Shown in pieces: positions 57,835 through 64,000 of a stretch of DNA of 64,000 nucleotides. Below the pieces are notes generated by a model. That model searched no databases. It was not told where the DNA came from and saw nothing but the letters and a program-made list of their open reading frames with translations. Position 1 is the first letter of the stretch. Every line of letters begins with the position of its first letter. This DNA comes from Beijerinckiaceae bacterium (GTDB lineage: Bacteria; Pseudomonadota; Alphaproteobacteria; Rhizobiales; Beijerinckiaceae): positions 3,712,129 to 3,776,128 of the forward strand of contig CBDAPQ010000005.1 in NCBI GenBank assembly GCA_965198485.1. The letters run 5' to 3'. Both the position numbers and the translations under genes were made by a program.

Positions 57835-60534
57835 ATGCGCAGATCCGACCGCGAGCAGGCGGCCTACACACCCGAGCCGCCGGCGCCCTCGCCGATGATG
57901 GCGCAGTACCACGCCATCAAGGCCGATCACCCCGACGCCCTGCTGTGGTACCGCATGGGTGATTTCTACGAGCTGTTCTTCGAGGACGCAGCGATCACCG
58001 CCAAGGTGCTCGGCATCGTGCTCACCAAGCGCGGCCGGCACGAGGGCGCCGAGATCCCGATGTGCGGCGTTCCCGTGGAGCGCCACGAGGATTACCTCCA
58101 CCGTCTCATTGCCGCCGGCCATCGGGTGGCCATCTGCGAGCAGACCGAGGATCCGGCCGAGGCCAGGAAGCGCGGCTCCAAGTCGGTGGTGGCGCGCGCG
58201 GTGGTGCGGCTGGTGACGCCCGGCACCATCACCGAGGAGCGGCTGCTGGAGCCGGCCGCCGCTAACTGGCTCGTGGCGCTGGCCCGCGCCCGCAACGCGG
58301 AGGGCGCCTGGGCCTACGGGCTGGCCGCCGTCGACATCTCGACGGGCGCCTTCGCCGTCACCGAAGCGGCGTCCGCCGCGCTCGGCGGCGAGGTCGCCCG
58401 CATCGATCCGCGCGAGATCGTGGTGGCCGACACGCTCGCCGCCCTGCCCGAAGTCGCCAAGGTGCTCGACGAGGGTCGCGTGCCCGTCACTCGCATCGGC
58501 CGCGAGCCCGGCTCGGCCGAGCGCCGCCTGCTCGACTGGTACGGTCTCGCCACGCTCGACGGGCTCGGGCCGCTGTCGCCGGCCGAGGTCGCCGCCGCCG
58601 CGACCGTGGTCTTCTACCTCGACCGCACGCAATGCGGCGCCCGGCCCAAGCTCGACCCGCCAGCCTCGGTGCGCGGTGCGCCGGCGATGGAGATCGACGC
58701 CGCCACCCGCGCCAACCTGGAGCTGACGCGCACCCTGGCCGGCGCGCGCGAGGGCTCGCTCCTGGCAGCCATCGACCGCTGTGCCACGCCCGCCGGCTCG
58801 CGCCTGCTCTGCGCCCGCCTGTCGAGCCCGCTGACCGAACGGGCGGCGATCGAGGCGCGGCTTGACGCCGTCGCCTACCTGCACGAGAGCCGCGCCACCC
58901 GCGCCGACGCCCGCGCCATCCTCAAGGCGGCTCCGGACCTGTCGCGCGCGCTGGCGCGGCTGGCGCTGGGCCGCGCCGGACCGCGCGACCTCGCCGCGAT
59001 CGGCGCCGGCCTGGAAGCGGCCCATCGCATCACCGAGCTTTTGCGCGAGGGTACCACCCCGCTGGCGCAGTTGCCCGACGAGCTGCGCGCGGCCCGCGAC
59101 CGCGCCGCCGCGCCCGATCCCGCCCTCGTCGAGCGGCTCGCCACCCTGCTCGACGACGCCCTGCCCCTGCAGCGCCGCGACGGCAACTTCGTGCGCCCCG
59201 GCGTCGACCCCGAGCTCGACGCCCTGCGCGCGCTGCGCGACCGCAGCCGCGAGGTCATCGCCGCCCTGCAGGGCACCTATTGCGAGCTGGCCGGTACCAG
59301 GCGGCTCAAGATCAAGCACAACAACCAGCTGGGCTATTTCGCCGAGGTGCCGGCGGCGATCGGCGAGGCCTTCCTGCAGCCGCCGCTCTCGGCGACGTTC
59401 CACCACCGCCAGAGCATGGTCGACGCCATGCGCTTCTCCACCGCAGAGCTGGTCGAGCTTGAAGGGCGAATCGCCAGCGCCGCCGAGGGCGCCGTCGCGC
59501 GCGAGAACGCGCTGTTCGATCAGCTCGCAGCGGAGGTGATGGCTGCAGCCCCCGCCATCGACGCCGCAGCCGCGGCGCTCGCCGCCATCGACGTCGCCGC
59601 CTGCCTCGCCGAGGTGGCCGAGGCCGGCGAGTGGACCCGCCCGGTCATCGAGGAGGGCGGCGCCTTCCGCATCGCCGGCGGCCGCCATCCGGTGGTCGAG
59701 CTGGCGCTGAAGGCCGCCGGCGAGCCTTTCGTCGCCAACGCCTGCGATCTCACCGGCTCGATCGCCGGCGGCGCCATCGCCGTCGTCACCGGCCCCAACA
59801 TGGCGGGCAAGTCGACCTTCCTGCGCCAGAACGCGCTCATCGCCGTGCTGGCCCAGGCCGGGTCCTTCGTGCCGGCGACCGCCGCCACGATCGGCATCGT
59901 CGACCGGCTGTTTTCCCGCGTCGGCGCCGCCGACGACCTTGCGCGCGGCCGCTCCACCTTCATGGTCGAGATGGTCGAGACGGCGGCGATCCTCAACCGC
60001 GCCACGCCACGCTCGCTGGTGATCCTGGACGAGATCGGCCGCGGCACCGCCACCTTCGACGGGCTCTCGATCGCCTGGGCGGTCATGGAGCACCTGCACG
60101 AGAAGAACCGCGCGCGCGCGATCTTCGCCACCCATTTCCACGAGCTGACGCAGCTCTCGCGCCGGCTCGACCGGCTCGTGAACCTCACCACCCGCGTCGC
60201 CGACTGGCACGGCGACGTCGTCTTCCTGCACGAGGTGGTCCCGGGCGCCGCGGACCGCTCCTACGGCATCCAGGTCGCCAAGCTCGCCGGCCTGCCCGCC
60301 GCCGCCGTACGCCGCGCCAAGGCGCTGCTCGCCGAACTCGAGGCCAGCGACCGCGGCGCCTCCCGCCGCCTCGCCGACCTGCCGCTCTTCGCCGCCAGCA
60401 CCAGCGCGCCTCCTGAGCCTGAGCACGACAGGCTGCGCGAGGCCCTTGCCACGCTCGATCTCGACGCTGTGACCCCGCGCGAGGCGCTCGACGCGCTCTA
60501 TAGGCTGAAAGCGCTTGGCAGGGAGGAAGGCTGA
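57835..60534 (+). CDS. mutS: DNA mismatch repair protein MutS
   Basis: [33 protein letters not shown], Walker [22 protein letters not shown] and LDEIGRGT. Confidence 0.97.
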   Translation: MRRSDREQAAYTPEPPAPSPMMAQYHAIKADHPDALLWYRMGDFYELFFEDAAITAKVLGIVLTKRGRHEGAEIPMCGVPVERHEDYLHRLIAAGHRVAICEQTEDPAEARKRGSKSVVARAVVRLVTPGTITEERLLEPAAANWLVALARARNAEGAWAYGLAAVDISTGAFAVTEAASAALGGEVARIDPREIVVADTLAALPEVAKVLDEGRVPVTRIGREPGSAERRLLDWYGLATLDGLGPLSPAEVAAAATVVFYLDRTQCGARPKLDPPASVRGAPAMEIDAATRANLELTRTLAGAREGSLLAAIDRCATPAGSRLLCARLSSPLTERAAIEARLDAVAYLHESRATRADARAILKAAPDLSRALARLALGRAGPRDLAAIGAGLEAAHRITELLREGTTPLAQLPDELRAARDRAAAPDPALVERLATLLDDALPLQRRDGNFVRPGVDPELDALRALRDRSREVIAALQGTYCELAGTRRLKIKHNNQLGYFAEVPAAIGEAFLQPPLSATFHHRQSMVDAMRFSTAELVELEGRIASAAEGAVARENALFDQLAAEVMAAAPAIDAAAAALAAIDVAACLAEVAEAGEWTRPVIEEGGAFRIAGGRHPVVELALKAAGEPFVANACDLTGSIAGGAIAVVTGPNMAGKSTFLRQNALIAVLAQAGSFVPATAATIGIVDRLFSRVGAADDLARGRSTFMVEMVETAAILNRATPRSLVILDEIGRGTATFDGLSIAWAVMEHLHEKNRARAIFATHFHELTQLSRRLDRLVNLTTRVADWHGDVVFLHEVVPGAADRSYGIQVAKLAGLPAAAVRRAKALLAELEASDRGASRRLADLPLFAASTSAPPEPEHDRLREALATLDLDAVTPREALDALYRLKALGREEG

Positions 60535-61337
60535 GAGGTCCCGCTCTCACGAGGCGCTCCGTAGTGCATAAGCCCGGTGCCGTAGGTCTTCAGCCAAGCC
60601 TCAGCCGACGCCAGCTCCGGATACAGCCCCTGCACCAAAGCCCAGAAGGCGGCGGAATGGTTCATGTGGCGGAGGTGCGCGACCTCGTGGGCGGCGAGGT
60701 AGTCGAGCACGTGCGGGGGCGCCATGACGAGGCGCCAGGAGAAGTTGAGCGCGCCGGCGGACGAGCACGAACCCCAGCGGCTGGTGGTGTCGCGCAGCGT
60801 CAGGCGCTTCGGCGTGATCCCAAGCGCGGCGGAATGGCGGGCGACCGCCTCGGCAAGGTCGGCGCGGGCCTGGCGGATCAGCCAGTCCTGGACGCGCCGG
60901 GCGACGAACGGCGCCTCGCCGCTGACGCAGAGCTTCGAGCCATCCTCGCCGGTCTCGACCCACACCGTGCCGCGCGCGCCCGGCCTGTGCACGATCGCGT
61001 GCGGCACGCCGCGCACCGGCACGCTGGCGCCCGGCCCGAACGGCGTCGCCTCGGGCAGGCGTGCCAGCCGCACCCCGATCCAGCCGGCATGGCGGTCGAC
61101 GAAGACTTTGGCGCGGGCGAGCGAACCCCGCACCGGCATCGTCAGCACCACGTCGCGGGTGGCGGCGCGCACGCGCAGCGTGAAGCGGCGCGCCGTGGCG
61201 ACGCGCTTGATCTGCACGCGGTGCGTCGCACCCTCGTGGCTGACGTCGAAGAAGGCGACGTCGGCCCCGCGCAGCACCGTCCTGGAGGCGAGCCAACCCA
61301 TGCCGCGAACATAGCCGGCGGGCGGGTGAGTCGCCAT
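60498..61337 (-). CDS. DUF45/YgjP-type (M48-like) zinc metalloprotease
   Basis: [42 protein letters not shown] (HExxH). Its 3' end overlaps the mutS 3' end by 37 bp, in convergent orientation. Confidence 0.8.
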   Translation of the reverse strand: MATHPPAGYVRGMGWLASRTVLRGADVAFFDVSHEGATHRVQIKRVATARRFTLRVRAATRDVVLTMPVRGSLARAKVFVDRHAGWIGVRLARLPEATPFGPGASVPVRGVPHAIVHRPGARGTVWVETGEDGSKLCVSGEAPFVARRVQDWLIRQARADLAEAVARHSAALGITPKRLTLRDTTSRWGSCSSAGALNFSWRLVMAPPHVLDYLAAHEVAHLRHMNHSAAFWALVQGLYPELASAEAWLKTYGTGLMHYGAPRESGTSQPSSLPSAFSL

Positions 61338-61343
61338 GGGGCC

Positions 61344-61997
61344 CTACCCCGCCTTCGCGATCCGCGTCAGCGTGAACAGCCCCAGCGGCGGCAGGGTGCG
61401 GCGCTCGGCAAGCGTCATGTCGGGGCGGCGGTCGATCCAGCCGCCGATGGTCTCCCACGGGAACTGCGGGTGCCATCCAAGCTTCTCGGCGCGCCGGCCC
61501 ATCCAGGCCTCCACCGCCGCTACCGGGCCGCGCGCGGCGCCGACGTGGTTGACCAGCACGAGCTCGCCGCCGGGCTTCGTCACCCGCGCCCATTCCGTCA
61601 GGCTGGCGTGCGGGTCGGGCACGACGGTGAGCACGTAGGGCGCCAGCACGGCGTCGAAGTGATCGTCGGGAAAGTCGAGGTGCATCGCGTCCATGACGCT
61701 GAGGTCGACGACGTTGGCGAGCTTGTCCGCTCGCACCCGCTCGCGGGCGCGCTCGAGCATCGGCGCGGAGAGGTCCACGCCGGTGATGGTCGTGCGTCGG
61801 TCGATCATCGGTAGCTCCAGGCCGGTGCCGACGCCGACGTCGAGGATGTGCCCGCCGGGGCGACCCGCCGCCAAGGCGGCGGCGCGACGCCCCGCCCGCA
61901 TGACCAGCGTGAAGGTGAGGTCGTAGACCGGCGCCCAGCGGGCGTAGGCCGCCTCGACCCCGGCGTTGTCGAGCGCGCTCGCGCTGTCGTGTGTCAC
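61344..61997 (-). CDS. Class I SAM-dependent methyltransferase
   Basis: The GTG start overlaps the mnmA stop (GTGA). [15 protein letters not shown] and [13 protein letters not shown]. Confidence 0.8.
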   Translation of the reverse strand: MTHDSASALDNAGVEAAYARWAPVYDLTFTLVMRAGRRAAALAAGRPGGHILDVGVGTGLELPMIDRRTTITGVDLSAPMLERARERVRADKLANVVDLSVMDAMHLDFPDDHFDAVLAPYVLTVVPDPHASLTEWARVTKPGGELVLVNHVGAARGPVAAVEAWMGRRAEKLGWHPQFPWETIGGWIDRRPDMTLAERRTLPPLGLFTLTRIAKAG

Positions 61998-63151
61998 GAG
62001 GCCAGCACCGCTTCGCGGGCCGTCTCGACCGGGGCCGGCCGTGCGGTGACCGTACCGCCGCCGAGCACGCGGGCTCCGGGCGCGTCGCTTTCGTAGAACA
62101 CGCAGGCCTGGCCCGGCGACACCGCCGTGTCCGCCGCGGGGAACATCACCGCCACGCCGCCCGCCTCGCGCACCACCCGCGCCGGCACCGGCGCGCGCGT
62201 GGAGCGGGTGCGCACGTGACACTCCAGCGCCTCGGGCAGCTCGCCGCCGCCGAGCCAGTTGACGTCGCGCAAGGCCAGCCGTGCCGTGGCGAGCGCCTCG
62301 CGCGGACCCACCACCACCTGCGCGCGCCGGGGATCGAGGCGCAGCACATAGAGCGGCGCCTCCTGACCGCCGAGCGCGAGGCCGCGGCGCTGGCCGACGG
62401 TGTAGCCGGTGACGCCCTCGTGGCGGCCGAGCACGCGGCCGGCCTCGTCGACGATGTCGCCGGAGCGCACCGCCTCCGGCATCATCCTGGCGACGAGGTC
62501 GGCGTAGCGGCCCGATGGCACGAAGCAGATGTCCTGGCTGTCGGGCTTGTCGGCATTCACCAGCCCGTGGGCGCGGGCGAGGGCGCGCACCTGCGTCTTG
62601 GGCAGGTCGCCCAGCGGAAAGCGCACGAAGGCCAGCTGCGCCGGCGTGATGCCGAACAGGAAATAGCTCTGGTCGCGCGAGGCATCGGTGGCGCGGTGCA
62701 GCGCCCGGCCGCCGCCCGGCAGCGCCCGCGTGGCGCAATAGTGCCCGGTGGCGAGCGCGTCGGCGCCGAGGTCGCGGGCGGTCTCGAGCAGGTCGGTGAA
62801 CTTCACCTTGTCGTTGCACGAGGCGCAGGGGATCGGCGTCTCGCCGGCGGCGTAGGCGGCGGCAAAGGGCGCGATGACCTGCTCGCGGAAGCGCTCCTCG
62901 TAGTCGAGCACGTAGTGCGGGATGCCGAGCCGCGCCGCCACGGCGCGCGCGTCGCCGATGTCGCGGCCGGCGCAGCACGAGCCGGCGCGGGCCGTGGTAC
63001 CGCGGTCGTCGTAGAGCCGCAACGTGACGCCGACGACGTCGTAACCCTCGGCCTTGAGCAGCGCGGCCACCACCGACGAGTCGACGCCGCCGGACATGGC
63101 GACGACGACCCGGGTCTCGCCGGGCGGCTTGGGGATGTCGAGATGGTTCAA
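61994..63151 (-). CDS. mnmA: tRNA 2-thiouridine(34) synthase
   Basis: [19 protein letters not shown] (PP-loop), CNDKVKF and DSQDICF. Confidence 0.95.
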   Translation of the reverse strand: MNHLDIPKPPGETRVVVAMSGGVDSSVVAALLKAEGYDVVGVTLRLYDDRGTTARAGSCCAGRDIGDARAVAARLGIPHYVLDYEERFREQVIAPFAAAYAAGETPIPCASCNDKVKFTDLLETARDLGADALATGHYCATRALPGGGRALHRATDASRDQSYFLFGITPAQLAFVRFPLGDLPKTQVRALARAHGLVNADKPDSQDICFVPSGRYADLVARMMPEAVRSGDIVDEAGRVLGRHEGVTGYTVGQRRGLALGGQEAPLYVLRLDPRRAQVVVGPREALATARLALRDVNWLGGGELPEALECHVRTRSTRAPVPARVVREAGGVAVMFPAADTAVSPGQACVFYESDAPGARVLGGGTVTARPAPVETAREAVLAS

Positions 63152-63216
63152 GGATTCGACCGGCTTGCAGGGCCTTTGTCATATCGGTCCGCGCCGGGGC
63201 GGCGCAAGGCGACGCG

Positions 63217-63554
63217 TCAGCCCGGATAGGACGCGATCTCGACGAGGTTGCCGTCTGGGTCGCGGCCGTACACCGAGCGGATCGGCCCGCGCGCCCTGCT
63301 TCGTGGTGGGCCCCTCCTCAATGGCGACGCCCAGCTTGGTGAGATGCCGGGCGACCTCGTCCGGCGGCGTCACGGTGAGGAAACACAGGTTGTCGCTGCC
63401 GGGCTGCGGGCGGGCGCCGGTGGACCAGTCGATGTCGCTGGCTGCGATCGGCTGCAGGGCATCGTCTGCGCGCCGGAGTGCATCGCATGCGCTCGAGCTT
63501 CCCGGGCGCCGGCTCGTCGACGGTCAGCCGCACGGTTCGCTTCGCTGGTGCCAC
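63217..63554 (-). pseudogene. Remnant of a VOC/glyoxalase-family gene (5'-truncated, at least two frameshifts)
   Basis: Three frames read in succession ...KRTVRL..., then ...ARPQPGSDNLCFLTVTPPDEVARHLTKLGVAIEEGPTTKQGA, then GPIRSVYGRDPDGNLVEIASYPG*. There is no N-terminal beta-alpha-beta module or start codon. Confidence 0.55.
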
Positions 63555-63673
63555 CTGCGGTGGCGATCTGAAAAGACCGTAATCAACGGTCGGCCAGCTC
63601 TTTATCTTTTTTAGGCTTTCTTCGCTTCCGTGCTAGAGACGCGACCTCCAATCACGGCGGGGCAGCTCCAGGC

Positions 63674-64000
63674 ATGACGAACTCCCGCTTCGACGCTTTC
63701 GATCCGCTTGGCTCCATCCAGACGGACCGCTGCAACGTCCTCCTCGTCTTCCCCGGTTTCGCCGCAAACTCGTTCTGGAACTACCGCGCGACCTGCGAGA
63801 TCGTCGGCGCCAAATATCCCGGCGCCCCGCTCGGCCTCATCACCGTCGCCGCCATGCTCCCGCAGCATTGGGACATCCGCCTCGTCAACCGCAACACCGA
63901 GGCGCTGAGCGAGGCCGACATCGCGTGGGCCGACATGGTGATGACCGGCGGGATGATGCCTCAGGAGGCCGACACGCTGGTGCTGATCGAGCTGATCCAG
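63674..64000 (+). CDS. B12-binding-domain radical SAM protein, N-terminal part (runs off window)
   Basis: Not in the ORF track because it is open-ended. ATG 63674 reads MTNSRFDAFDPLGSIQTDRCNVLLVFPGFAANSFWNYRATCEIVGAKYPGAPLGLITVAAMLPQHWDIRLVNRN..., typical of the B12-binding N-terminus of class B radical SAM enzymes. Confidence 0.65.
   Translation, partial: MTNSRFDAFDPLGSIQTDRCNVLLVFPGFAANSFWNYRATCEIVGAKYPGAPLGLITVAAMLPQHWDIRLVNRNTEALSEADIAWADMVMTGGMMPQEADTLVLIELIQ

Noticed and set aside
56965-60426. 1153-aa ORF antisense to mutS.
   Set aside because: Shadow ORF. mutS on the plus strand is unambiguous.
61344-63182. 612-aa ORF read as a single gene.
   Set aside because: Only its last ~217 residues (GTG 61997 onward) look like a real methyltransferase. 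The rest is an alternate frame of mnmA.

Overview
High-GC (about 70%) chromosomal segment that looks alphaproteobacterial (Rhizobiales-like). That guess rests on GC content, gene content and repeat families, not on any search. All product names come from reading motifs in the supplied translations; I ran no homology search.

Most of the window is ordinary core genome: an M42 peptidase, tRNA-Ala(GGC), cysG, lepA, osmC, rmuC, a molybdopterin oxidoreductase, sucC, polA, rlmB-like, ppa, cysE, mutS, mnmA, plus many envelope and stress proteins. The stress set includes ferritin-like, YciF-like, DUF4142, EF-hand, SIMPL and OmpA-family proteins.

The accessory part lies directly downstream of lepA (about 12.6-16.3 kb):
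- The last roughly 230 bp of lepA recur as three decayed direct fragments.
- Between them sit a ~31-bp periodic repeat array, a killer/antidote pair with a frameshifted toxin, and a visibly AT-rich two-gene cassette.
- In that cassette an IS5-family element has split one gene. Removing the IS in silico restores a ~265-aa ORF that ends in DDDIPF, the SSB C-terminal tip motif. It is followed by a coiled-coil, membrane-anchored partner. This is my best candidate for an undescribed system.

Other notable items:
- a ferritin-like/GT61 glycosyltransferase fusion next to a Tat-secreted ferritin-like paralogue
- an OmpA-family gene with 51-bp tandem repeats and a 2-bp deletion
- a DUF1640-like gene with nine 21-bp heptad repeats
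- an HSL-type hydrolase lacking the nucleophile serine
- an orphan sucC
- several intergenic repeat families and decayed genes

Many long ORFs in the track are antisense or alternate-frame shadows typical of high-GC DNA, and I rejected them.
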